NCBI GenBank assembly: GCA_013335095.1
Contig: JAAXWF010000004.1
Location: 74,740-138,739, forward strand
Direction: 5' to 3'
Length of the DNA: 64,000 nucleotides
DNA from: a candidate division WWE3 bacterium
Lineage (GTDB): Bacteria; Patescibacteriota; 4484-211; GCA-002791395
The notes below the pieces were generated by a model that was not told the origin of the DNA, searched no databases, and was given only the letters and a program-made list of their open reading frames with translations. Both the position numbers and the translations under genes were made by a program. Positions 20,754 to 30,440 of the stretch are shown one piece after another. Numbering within the stretch: position 1 is the first letter of the stretch; every line of letters starts with the position of its first letter.

Positions 20754-20800
20754 TACGTTACCTGTTGATCCGATTATAATTATCAGCTACTCTAAAGAAA

Positions 20801-21412
20801 GTGAACGACTCCACCCACCCCGAAAAAATTACCGATAGATATTTAAGGAGATTACGTTTTGACCAGAGTATTCGTTATTTAACTGATAAAAAGATTGGTA
20901 CGATAGTCGATATTGGCTGCGGGTCGGTGGGTTATTATCTTAACTATTTAATTGATAAACGCTATAGTGTAAACGAGTACATCGGTATTGATCCCCTATT
21001 AAATCCTGATATTGATCAGCTGCATCAACCGATTAAAAATACTCGTTTCATAAGCAGCATGCTCGATTCCACATTAGAACTTGAATCAAACAGTGCGGAT
21101 CTCGTCGTTGGTTTCTCGGTTCTTGAACACATACAATATCCCGATAAGATCATGAAAGAAGTCATCCGCATAATGAAACCAGGGGGTCGAGCAATATTTT
21201 CTGCACCTACGCCATCGGCTAAAAGCATATTAGAAATCATGGCTAATCAGTTACAACTGATTTCACCCCATACCGTTAAGAGGCAACCGCAATACTTCAC
21301 GAAAGAAACAATGCTGCGATTAATACCACCACAATTAACCGAAGAAGTTGTCATAATGCATCATTATTTTGAGTTCGGATTAAATAATTTATTTGTTCTG
21401 TATAAAAAATGA
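20801..21412 (+). CDS. Class I SAM-dependent methyltransferase
   Basis: 203 aa. Motif I VDIGCGSVGY, motif post-I/II LVVGFSVLEH, motif III MKPGGRAIFS. Confidence 0.65.
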   Translation: MNDSTHPEKITDRYLRRLRFDQSIRYLTDKKIGTIVDIGCGSVGYYLNYLIDKRYSVNEYIGIDPLLNPDIDQLHQPIKNTRFISSMLDSTLELESNSADLVVGFSVLEHIQYPDKIMKEVIRIMKPGGRAIFSAPTPSAKSILEIMANQLQLISPHTVKRQPQYFTKETMLRLIPPQLTEEVVIMHHYFEFGLNNLFVLYKK

Positions 21413-21458
21413 CCCTCAGTGTTTTTATTCCTAAGGGTCTATTGGAGTTTCCACAATA

Positions 21459-21980
21459 TTAAATGGCAACAGATTCGGTTAAGTTGATCCTGCCAGCAAT
21501 AACGTCACGGAGGAACCGAGTCCATGGGTCCGTACCGTTTACTGTAAGCGGCCACATATGCACGGCCCATTCAATGATCCAATCCAAGCAGGGCTGTGTT
21601 CGACTGGGTCCATACAATCTTACCGCCATGGGTATCACCAGAAGGGTTGCCCCAAGATCAACGGTATGAAATCCCACTTCCACATACAGGGAAAGTCGTT
21701 GTCCAGCGGCATCAATCACCTTAACGACACCGTTGTAGATCGTAATTTGGATCGGATTGTCGTCGGCAAAGACAACCGAATCTTCGCCAATGTCGGATAC
21801 CGAAACATCGGTAATCTGACATTGATGCACCTGGGCTGCTATTTGAACAGCCTCTAGAACGCGTAGGGCGTTCTGTCCGATACGAACTGTCGGAGAATCC
21901 ATCACGAGCCTCCATCCATACAAGCTATATGGGTAAGATAACGACCGAATCATTGTAGTGACCATGCTTGATTCGGACAA
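21459..21980 (-). CDS. Hypothetical protein (GC-rich island)
   Basis: 173 aa ORF in a 55-60% GC segment. No recognisable motifs. Confidence 0.4.
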   Translation of the reverse strand: MSESSMVTTMIRSLSYPYSLYGWRLVMDSPTVRIGQNALRVLEAVQIAAQVHQCQITDVSVSDIGEDSVVFADDNPIQITIYNGVVKVIDAAGQRLSLYVEVGFHTVDLGATLLVIPMAVRLYGPSRTQPCLDWIIEWAVHMWPLTVNGTDPWTRFLRDVIAGRINLTESVAI

Positions 21981-22105
21981 CTAGATTAATTTCGTATACG
22001 GCTAACCAATACAAGAGTGAGGCGGTTTTGAATTGATACAAAGGAAGAAACCCGACAAGTATATAACTTGCCGGGCAAAGTTGCTTAGACGCCCCTTCTA
22101 GAGGG

Positions 22106-22657
22106 TCACACAGTGTAGGTATCGACGGCAAAGACATGTTCGGCTAAACCAGCACCCACCGTCCATATGACGGCTTTACTGAGGGTATCGATCCCCCACT
22201 CATATCGGGAAACGACAATGCGCTGTAGCGCGCCCTCAATAAGAGATGGTGAAAGTGCCCGAATCATCGGTAGCACGTCTGGGGCTGGTATTGTCCAACC
22301 GCTCAGTTTAGCGAGTAGGACAAATTCAGATACTCCCCGTAGGGCGGCCGATATTGTCCTTAAATCGACCTCGGTGGGTACGGTAACAGTAATTGCACCG
22401 AAGGGTGGGAGATGTACGGTGCCGTGAAGACAGACCCGAGCATCAGCCGAAAAAGTAACCGATACAGGAGCACGTTCAAACATGTCGCCATATCGATACT
22501 CAGCAAGCCCGGTGATCCGTGTGAGCTCATGGTCATGTAAAGGATCATGCCACCAAAGATCCTCAACCACACCACCAAAAACATGTACTAGATCGGCGAT
22601 TAGTTCGCCGGCCCTTTCCGCCAATGAAAGCGGTTCCGTCAGCGTGGATAGATCCAC
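22106..22657 (-). CDS. Hypothetical protein (GC-rich island)
   Basis: 183 aa ORF in a GC-rich segment. No recognisable motifs. Confidence 0.4.
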   Translation of the reverse strand: MDLSTLTEPLSLAERAGELIADLVHVFGGVVEDLWWHDPLHDHELTRITGLAEYRYGDMFERAPVSVTFSADARVCLHGTVHLPPFGAITVTVPTEVDLRTISAALRGVSEFVLLAKLSGWTIPAPDVLPMIRALSPSLIEGALQRIVVSRYEWGIDTLSKAVIWTVGAGLAEHVFAVDTYTV

Positions 22658-22758
22658 TGTAGACCTCCAGTCAGATTACATGTAGCTTGTTTTTTGATTA
22701 TACGGCAAAGAATAAAGAGCAACTTATCATTACGAAGTTATTCATGTACAATCGCTAG

Positions 22759-23601
22759 ATGAATATTGGCGGATTTGTTTCGGCGTCAGGTGGGATTGAC
22801 CAGGCCTTTCATCGAGCATACACAAACGAATTCTTAGTACCAATGTTTTTCATCGGTAGTCCTCAAAGTTGGAATTTACCAGTACTAAATGATGTTCAAA
22901 TTGGTCAGATCCAAAAAGCTAAAAAGGAAACTGGTATAACCCAATCCTATGCTCATGCACTCTATTTAGCTAATCTAGCTTCACCAGAAAAATCTATTAC
23001 CGATAAGGCCGTGAAAGCATTAACAACGACGATGCAAAATGGAGAAAAGATTGGACTTTCTGGCGTTATTTTCCATTTAGGAAGCCATAAAGGAACATCG
23101 ACCGAAGAAGGACTAAAGCGCGTCGCACAAGGTATGCGTCTGGTGCTTAATGCATCGCCCGGCCAAACCCATTTGATTATGGAGAACAGTGTCGCGCAAA
23201 AAGATAAAGTCGGTGGTAATTTTCAAGAGATTGGATATGTTCTAGACCTTCTTGACCACGATCCTCGAGCAACAGTTTGCCTGGATACCTGCCATACATT
23301 TGCGTCAGGCTACGATTATAAAGATAGTGATTCGTTGTCTATGTTGTTAACCGAGGTCGATAAATATATCGGCTTTGATCGACTAGAATGCTTACACGTT
23401 AATGATTCTCAGGGAGCGCTCGATAGCCATATTGATCGTCACGCTAATTTTGGTGAGGGTAATATAACCCCCGAAGGATTTAGAGCATTACTTCTTCACC
23501 CGAACATCATAGACAAACCAATGATTATGGAGATTCCTGGAGTAAATGGAGAAGGTCCGAGTATTGAAGACAAAAAGATTCTTCTTAGCATTTTGAAATA
23601 A
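22759..23601 (+). CDS. nfo: Endonuclease IV (AP endonuclease family 2)
   Basis: 280 aa. N-terminal GxHVSASGG-like motif (GGFVSASGGIDQA) and metal-binding H/D/E residues of the xylose-isomerase-like TIM barrel. Confidence 0.7.
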   Translation: MNIGGFVSASGGIDQAFHRAYTNEFLVPMFFIGSPQSWNLPVLNDVQIGQIQKAKKETGITQSYAHALYLANLASPEKSITDKAVKALTTTMQNGEKIGLSGVIFHLGSHKGTSTEEGLKRVAQGMRLVLNASPGQTHLIMENSVAQKDKVGGNFQEIGYVLDLLDHDPRATVCLDTCHTFASGYDYKDSDSLSMLLTEVDKYIGFDRLECLHVNDSQGALDSHIDRHANFGEGNITPEGFRALLLHPNIIDKPMIMEIPGVNGEGPSIEDKKILLSILK

Positions 23602-24120
23602 GGTTTTATTAACATAAATCAGTGTTGTTGCATAACCTGATAAAATGACTGCTAAATCAAATTAATAATGGCAAAAGAGGGAATACTTACTAAAATAATT
23701 TCAAAGGGGATGTCCGAATTTTATCCAAAAGTCGAAGATATAGGCGAGATACGCATACCAATGCCCAAAATTAACGGGGTAAAATCAGTCGACAAAGCGG
23801 CAATCGCGGCGCTAAAAGACATGGCCAAAGCCGTACCGTGGTCAGATAAATAAATCCTCTTTATTGAATTTAACTATTTCCAGGAATACTTTTTGATATA
23901 TCTTTGAGAACCAATTTTGATGCTTCACTAAATGACCGCACCGGCTTTAAATCTGGCATTCGTATAATATTTAAACTTGGAAATTTAACAACAGGCCCGA
24001 TTGCTTCCGGTAAAGACTTAATAGTGAGTGGTCCTATTTTAGTCGCCATATGGCATTTTAGTACCGTAAAACGGATACGTCAATGTATTTAAAAGCTAGT
24101 TAATAAAAACAATTGAAGAA

Positions 24121-24711
24121 TCACAATCCCAGCAGATCAGAATCTTTTTGCATTGCGGTGAGGACAATTTCAATGTGCTTCTCAAGCGGCACATCAATCT
24201 CTGCCGCTCCGCGTTCGATATCGGAACGATTAACGCCGCGGGCAAAACCAGCATTTTTCCACTTTTTTAACACACCTTCAACCGTAACATCAGCTAATTT
24301 TTTACTTTCCCGAACCAATGCACATGCAACAATAAGGCCAGTTAACTCATCAACCGCACGAAGTGTACGTGCCATACGAGTATTAGCTTCTACACCAAGT
24401 TCAAACCCATGCGACGCAATCGCATTAATTAAATCAACATCCTCACCTTCTTGTTCGAGCCATGCCGTTAAAACAGTTGGATGCTTATCGGGGTAGGCTT
24501 CATAATCAGCATCATGCAACAAACCCGCAACAGCCCAAAGCTCACTTTCAGATTCAGGAACATCAAAATATATTGCATATCCTTTCATCGCAGATTCAAC
24601 CGCTAAACAATGTTTTATTAAATTTGGATTTTTAATCATCTGGGTTACTTTTTCCCAGGCTTTTTCACGCGTCATATTAGAAATAAATCGCACACGAGGG
24701 TGATCACTCAA
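24121..24711 (-). CDS. HD-domain phosphohydrolase (5'-deoxynucleotidase-like)
   Basis: 196 aa. H...HD (LLHDADY)...D metal-binding pattern. Confidence 0.55.
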   Translation of the reverse strand: MSDHPRVRFISNMTREKAWEKVTQMIKNPNLIKHCLAVESAMKGYAIYFDVPESESELWAVAGLLHDADYEAYPDKHPTVLTAWLEQEGEDVDLINAIASHGFELGVEANTRMARTLRAVDELTGLIVACALVRESKKLADVTVEGVLKKWKNAGFARGVNRSDIERGAAEIDVPLEKHIEIVLTAMQKDSDLLGL

Positions 24712-24755
24712 AGTTATGAGTAGATCACCCGTCGCGCTTCACGAACGGGCGAACA

Positions 24756-25337
24756 CTAACGGTTCTGATAACCTTCGTCGTTTAACATCTCACGTTTCAC
24801 CAGGTCGCGAATAAACACTGATTTTGGAATCCGACGGCTCTTTGATACCCATTCCAAGTAATCAACCATTGTCGGTGGAATCAAAAAGTTAAATCGAATA
24901 TCTTCTCCTTCTTTTACCGATTCAATCTCATCCTCAAGTTGTGACAGCAACTGATCCAAACCTTTGTATTCGAGAAAATAAATATTGTGATCTTGTAAGG
25001 CCTTAAAAATTTGTGGAATACCCGATTCTGAAGCGATGATCACTGGTTTATTTTTCTCCAAAGCAATAGTAACTTCGTGACCAATGCTGGCGCTCGATAC
25101 GCTCATTTCGGCAAATACTAAATCTGCCTTATTAATTTTATTGAGCATATCTCGATAAAACTTAACTCGATAGTCGTCTTCGGCATTCAAGACCTGATCA
25201 TAATCCGCTTGCAGGACATGATCCGATAACACTTCATGACCTAAACTTCGAAGCTTATCGACTATTGATTTATAACGTTCCATTATTTCCGGGTGGTCTC
25301 GTTTTCCAGCGATAGATGCAGTGAAGTATATTGTCAT
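24756..25337 (-). CDS. Nucleoside 2-deoxyribosyltransferase-like protein
   Basis: 193 aa. N-terminal MTIYFTASIAG... flavodoxin-like fold signature of the NDT/DNPH1 family. Overlaps the upstream methyltransferase by 4 nt. Confidence 0.4.
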   Translation of the reverse strand: MTIYFTASIAGKRDHPEIMERYKSIVDKLRSLGHEVLSDHVLQADYDQVLNAEDDYRVKFYRDMLNKINKADLVFAEMSVSSASIGHEVTIALEKNKPVIIASESGIPQIFKALQDHNIYFLEYKGLDQLLSQLEDEIESVKEGEDIRFNFLIPPTMVDYLEWVSKSRRIPKSVFIRDLVKREMLNDEGYQNR

Positions 25338-26152
25338 TGTTTTTCACCTCCTAAAATTAAAAAGCGGGGCAAATAATATGCCGCAACTTCGTCGTTTTTT
25401 ACTGCTGTATCATAGTCTAACGTTGGTTCAGTAAAACCAATTAATTTATAGTTTCGCGTTAAGAACAAGTTAACATATTTACTAACTGGGCGAAAGTAGT
25501 AAGCCACCAAACCTTCGGTAAAACCAGCTTGACGTTCATAGCGCACTTCATAATTATATGGAGCCGAAAGTTCATATTTCATCATAATTTGCTTCTTTGA
25601 CTCCGAACTTATACGTGAACGAGCCAGTCTTTGTGAGGTATTCATATCAAAAGCAGGATGTAAAATTGAAAAAATCATTCGGCCGCCTGGTTTTAAGTAA
25701 GAATGCAAGTTTTCAAACACCTGATCGACTTCTTCAATCTCATGTAAGACCATGTTCGCTAAAATTAAATCAAAGCTTTCTTTGGGGAATAAATTTGGTT
25801 CTTCAAGTTCACACACCGAAAAGTCAGATTTTAGTTTGTTTTTAACCTTTCGCTCTTTTGCCGCCTCAATCATAGTTAAACTGGCATCAATCCCGACTAA
25901 AGAAGCGCCGGACTTCTCAAACATTTCGGTAAATACGCCATCACCACATCCAGCATCGAGCATCCTTTTGCCTTTTAAATTACCTAAATATTTTAATGCG
26001 TAAGGAATTAATAGTTTACGACGTAGTAGATCCCCGTCCTCATGTTGCTCACCAGACTGAACTAAGGCGATGAAGTCCTTAGCAGCTTGTTCCCATAATA
26101 TTTTGTCCCGTTTAGATTCGCCAAGGCCCATTCTTATTAATGATTTTATCAT
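25334..26152 (-). CDS. Class I SAM-dependent methyltransferase
   Basis: 272 aa. Motif I LDAGCGDGVF, motif II DLILANMVLHE, motif III LKPGGRMIFS. Confidence 0.6.
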   Translation of the reverse strand: MIKSLIRMGLGESKRDKILWEQAAKDFIALVQSGEQHEDGDLLRRKLLIPYALKYLGNLKGKRMLDAGCGDGVFTEMFEKSGASLVGIDASLTMIEAAKERKVKNKLKSDFSVCELEEPNLFPKESFDLILANMVLHEIEEVDQVFENLHSYLKPGGRMIFSILHPAFDMNTSQRLARSRISSESKKQIMMKYELSAPYNYEVRYERQAGFTEGLVAYYFRPVSKYVNLFLTRNYKLIGFTEPTLDYDTAVKNDEVAAYYLPRFLILGGEKQ

Positions 26153-26262
26153 GATCGTCGATTCTTAATAAATCGGACCCCATTTTACCACATAGTTCAA
26201 AATATAGGTCGAAAAATCACTCGACGAATACGTTTGAATGATTTATTATGGAATAACCGTAT

Positions 26263-27768
26263 ATGCCCACAAGCCCACTAAATCTCTCAATATCACCCAC
26301 CGAATACGCCAAAGGATCTCGAATGGCGAAAAAAATTAGCCAGAAAGCCAAAACAGGTTCATTCATTATTAGATTTTTAACTGTTGGATTACCAATACTA
26401 CTGATAATTACATTACTTGTAGTTGTAATTGGGGTAACCTACAAACCAGAGTTCTTCTCATTTCTACCGGGGAAAGTACAAGTGTTAGCCACTCAGGCAT
26501 CGTTTTACCTACCCCTACCTAAGACAAAGCATCAAATTTTGAGCACAGCCGCGATTAAAAGTCGTTATCTGCGAAATTATGAACAGAAGTTTTTCGTCGA
26601 AACATTTCTTCAAAAGCCCTCGACTAATGAAATTTTGCCAAGCTTTAAGGGCTTACGGAGTGATGGGGCAATTAACTTAAATAATTCACAGCGTCCCCAG
26701 CTTGAACAAACAATATCAATACTTTCAAATGTTCCCGGAGAACCACAGTATGATCTTACGATAGCAACCACCGTTATTGATGGAAACCTGTACTTTAAAA
26801 TCGACACCATACCTGATGCAATCCGGGCAAAAGTTGATTCCAGAATACAATCTGGAGAGTGGTACAAATCAGAGGCAACAAATATAGGAATTTACCAAAA
26901 ACTTCGGCAATTAACATTTGACCAAGTATTATCATCTTGGCTTAAAATCCTTACCATATCAAGTTATGAATCGCTGGTCGAACAAATCGGCCAAGAGCAG
27001 ATCAACGACCAACTCACCTATCATTTCCGGATGCAAAATCCTGGAGCAAAAGCTGCCGCCCTATTCACTGACGCCTATAAAGCGTTCATCAATCAAAACC
27101 AACCCTTAGGACCCGAGGTTAATAATCAACTTCGAGAATTAGCCCAAAATATTCAATCGTTTCAGTTTGATACCTGGATTGATGCTCGTTACGGCTTTCC
27201 TGTAAGAAATGCGGTTACCATATCATTTAACTCTCCGGTAATGCTCAGTCAAAACCTTAAGATACCGCTTGGTGAAGAATTAAGTAAAACGCCACTGACT
27301 AAACTAAATATCGGATGGGATGCGACCGACATAAATGAACCATTTGTATTCACGCCACCCAAGCAATCTTCACCTCTAACCTTCTCGATCGACAACTCAA
27401 GCTCAAATGATCAATCCACCGATGAATCACGGCTTGATAAAGCGGTGCTTGATCAGCTTCATTCAATCGGAACAGCCCTCGAAGCATCATACTTGGTGAA
27501 CGGCGAAAAATATCCAGGGGGTTTAAACGATCTTATTCGTGAAAGTTTTATTAAAGTACTACCACAATTTTTCGTAGATCAAACACGCGTTCAGTATGTA
27601 TCAACAGGAGATAAAGCAGCAATATTCTTCAAATCGCCCGATACGGTTAGCCTGCAGGATCAACTTTGGTACTATGCGATACATGACGATGCGATCCTTA
27701 TCCTGTCTACCGATGAGTATAAAGAATTTGTCTCTCGATTTAATCAATCCCCGGTTCTTACCCAATAG
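26263..27768 (+). CDS. Membrane-anchored extracellular hypothetical protein
   Basis: 501 aa. Single N-terminal TM helix (IIRFLTVGLPILLIITLLVVVIGV) then a large soluble domain. Confidence 0.45.
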   Translation: MPTSPLNLSISPTEYAKGSRMAKKISQKAKTGSFIIRFLTVGLPILLIITLLVVVIGVTYKPEFFSFLPGKVQVLATQASFYLPLPKTKHQILSTAAIKSRYLRNYEQKFFVETFLQKPSTNEILPSFKGLRSDGAINLNNSQRPQLEQTISILSNVPGEPQYDLTIATTVIDGNLYFKIDTIPDAIRAKVDSRIQSGEWYKSEATNIGIYQKLRQLTFDQVLSSWLKILTISSYESLVEQIGQEQINDQLTYHFRMQNPGAKAAALFTDAYKAFINQNQPLGPEVNNQLRELAQNIQSFQFDTWIDARYGFPVRNAVTISFNSPVMLSQNLKIPLGEELSKTPLTKLNIGWDATDINEPFVFTPPKQSSPLTFSIDNSSSNDQSTDESRLDKAVLDQLHSIGTALEASYLVNGEKYPGGLNDLIRESFIKVLPQFFVDQTRVQYVSTGDKAAIFFKSPDTVSLQDQLWYYAIHDDAILILSTDEYKEFVSRFNQSPVLTQ

Positions 27769-27830
27769 TCACGATAAAAAACGATTCGCGATAAGGTAAA
27801 CAACCCTACATATGAAAATTTCTGAAACTT

Positions 27831-28382
27831 TTATGGGCAAGATGACGGGCAACTGCACGAAGAGGTCTGGAAATTTGATCCAGTAATTCGACCGGAAACA
27901 TCAACAGTAACGGTATGTTGTCCAACACCCTGATAACAGACAGACAAAGTAGTCGATGATCCAGATAAACCAACTACCCTACCACTTGGAACGGTATAAT
28001 CAATCTGACTTACCGGTGAAGAAATACACACATTACATGATATGGTTTGCTCATCAACTGGCTCCTCAATCACATTCCCGGCTTCATTCAACCGTTGTAT
28101 TTGATACCCACCATAATAAGAGCCTCGAGTTACCAACTTAAATCGATACCTAGTTACGAATGCATTTCCTGTTTGCACTCCTGCAAGTGCTAAACTTTGA
28201 GTCTGCTCGATGCCGTTTAATAACTGAGTCGCGCCTTGCTTTAATATCTCTCGCCGATTAAATGATAAAAAGCTCGGAGTAATGAATGTGATTAACATTC
28301 CCATCAGTAATACCACGACCAACATTTCGATCAAGGTAAAACCTTTTTGGGAATTTAAAGATAGGCAGTTTCGTCGTCGCAT
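27831..28382 (-). CDS. Type IV pilin-like protein (prepilin-type N-terminal cleavage/methylation domain)
   Basis: 183 aa. KGFTLIEMLVVVLLMGML class III signal peptide motif. Cys pairs in the C-terminal domain. Confidence 0.65.
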   Translation of the reverse strand: MRRRNCLSLNSQKGFTLIEMLVVVLLMGMLITFITPSFLSFNRREILKQGATQLLNGIEQTQSLALAGVQTGNAFVTRYRFKLVTRGSYYGGYQIQRLNEAGNVIEEPVDEQTISCNVCISSPVSQIDYTVPSGRVVGLSGSSTTLSVCYQGVGQHTVTVDVSGRITGSNFQTSSCSCPSSCP

Positions 28383-28392
28383 GCTGTTTTAA

Positions 28393-30420
28393 TTAAAATG
28401 GCTGATCGGTACTCCAGAGCGGTCCGGCAGGATTACCACCAAACTGTAAAGTACCTGGACTTGTGCCCTTCTCATCAATAATAGCACTTCCATTACCTTC
28501 ATTAAAGCGATACAACGCAATCGTATTGCCATCGTTAGCAAGCGCAGTATTTGGTCGGGTAAATGAACCCGTATAACGCCTTGTTTTTGATAACCGGATA
28601 TCGTCTAAAAATCCAGCATACGAAGGATATGACGCACCCGCATCATGCTTCTCTGCACCAATAACTAAAAATGGGTCACTATTTGGATATGATGAATTTC
28701 GACCATTAGTATAGCGGATGTCTCCGGTAGGTCCCGTGGCCTCGGCATCCATCTGTCCATCGACATAAAGTTGTAAAAGCCCATTAGTATACCGACGGGT
28801 GACGGCAACGTGGTGCCAGCTGTTATCAGCAATCATTCGCGATCCACACAAAGTCACGCCAGACGTACCTTTTGCTACACCATATGCAATCCGTCCGTTC
28901 ATCAAAGAAATTCCATAATCACCTACATCGCCCTGTCCATAGGTATCGCGATCAAGGATCACGTTTCCATAAATCCAAGAATCGTTGTCTTGAGAACAAC
29001 TCGCCATGCCATTATCGGTTAACACGGCTTTCATCCAAAACTCAATCGTTGTGTCTGTAGATCCGATATCAGCCGGAGATGAAGGACCGTCAATACGAAT
29101 CTTGACCCGGTCAATATCGTTTTCGCCATTGCCATAGAATCGTAATGAATAATTTCCACCAGCAGCTAACGTCGGAGATGGAATAAGCGTAGGTGTCGGA
29201 GTTGGGATAACCGGATTATTATAAGTAATGACTAACGATGGTGCAGTAGTCGAAGAAGACTCAAAGGAATAAATTCTTCGGTTAATAGAAGCACTCCCCG
29301 ATCCTTTAATTATAATACCCACACTATTTCCACTCACCCAGCCAGGTCGGTTTACGATCTCCTGAATTATTGATTTAAGATTGCCAAGTTGGTACTGATT
29401 TGCATCACTCCATGGTTCACTAATAGTCAAATCAACAAATGACGATGTTAAGGAACGAGTGGATGGCCGCGAGGTGGTAGAAAATAAAGCACTATTGTCC
29501 GAAGCATCTCCAGATATTCTTAACGAGATTGAATTTGTACTACCTCCACTCGCCCGCACATCTAAGTATGCATTGGTAATCACAGCATGCGATGGTATAG
29601 TGACAGCCCCAAATCGTAACCCGGTATAACTCGCGTTTGCCGTAGTATTTGTACCCAGCCACAGCGTTGTGCCGGTTCGGTTTAGAGTTGTTCCGTTTTC
29701 ATTAACATCATTAGAACCAGACGTTATTTGCCGCGTAAACGTTACCCCGACCGCAGGAGTTGGCGCCACTGTTGGAGTCGGAGAAGGAGTAGGTGTAGAA
29801 CCGCCTGGAATCGTCGGCTGAGGGGTTGGCGTATATGTAGGAGGCAATGTGCACGTCGAGGGGCAAGAGCATCCTGTTGAAGACTTCACTAATGGTCCTT
29901 TACTCACCTTCCCATAGATGTCGACTGTAACATCATAATACCCATAGTTTAAATCGCATACACGGAATACAGCTTGACGGCTGGTAATGTCGGTTGCCTG
30001 GCCAGTAGGGATATCAAATGATATTTTATTAGTCGTCGATTGAATACTGTATCCGCAGGCTAAATCAACCGAATCAAGCGGTTCTCCAGTGACACTACCA
30101 CTTTCCGCTATCCGATCGATTTGGTAGCCACGATAACATCCGCCCGAACCGCTTAAGGTAACCCGGTATTCTTTAAGCGGCATGTCAGGCTGTACCGCAG
30201 CTTGAGCCAGGTTATATGCTTTTTCAAATCCTCGTATTAATGACATCGAGGTATCATCTAGCTTCGAAACCTTTGTCATTTGGGTAAATGCCGGAACAGA
30301 AATTACAAGCATGAAGGAGAGTAAACTAACTGCAATAAGTACTTCGATTAGCGTAAACCCTTTGTTTATTACATTACGAGGCATTACTTTTATAATCGCG
30401 CATATACATATCTTTTGCAA
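28393..30420 (-). CDS. Pilin-like protein with large C-terminal LamG/concanavalin-like domain
   Basis: 675 aa. Prepilin motif KGFTLIEVLIAVSLLSF (true start probably the Met near 30381), PT-rich linker, C-terminal laminin-G-like region. Confidence 0.6.
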   Translation of the reverse strand: MQKICICAIIKVMPRNVINKGFTLIEVLIAVSLLSFMLVISVPAFTQMTKVSKLDDTSMSLIRGFEKAYNLAQAAVQPDMPLKEYRVTLSGSGGCYRGYQIDRIAESGSVTGEPLDSVDLACGYSIQSTTNKISFDIPTGQATDITSRQAVFRVCDLNYGYYDVTVDIYGKVSKGPLVKSSTGCSCPSTCTLPPTYTPTPQPTIPGGSTPTPSPTPTVAPTPAVGVTFTRQITSGSNDVNENGTTLNRTGTTLWLGTNTTANASYTGLRFGAVTIPSHAVITNAYLDVRASGGSTNSISLRISGDASDNSALFSTTSRPSTRSLTSSFVDLTISEPWSDANQYQLGNLKSIIQEIVNRPGWVSGNSVGIIIKGSGSASINRRIYSFESSSTTAPSLVITYNNPVIPTPTPTLIPSPTLAAGGNYSLRFYGNGENDIDRVKIRIDGPSSPADIGSTDTTIEFWMKAVLTDNGMASCSQDNDSWIYGNVILDRDTYGQGDVGDYGISLMNGRIAYGVAKGTSGVTLCGSRMIADNSWHHVAVTRRYTNGLLQLYVDGQMDAEATGPTGDIRYTNGRNSSYPNSDPFLVIGAEKHDAGASYPSYAGFLDDIRLSKTRRYTGSFTRPNTALANDGNTIALYRFNEGNGSAIIDEKGTSPGTLQFGGNPAGPLWSTDQPF

Positions 30421-30440
30421 CCGCCGTACAATACAGATAC

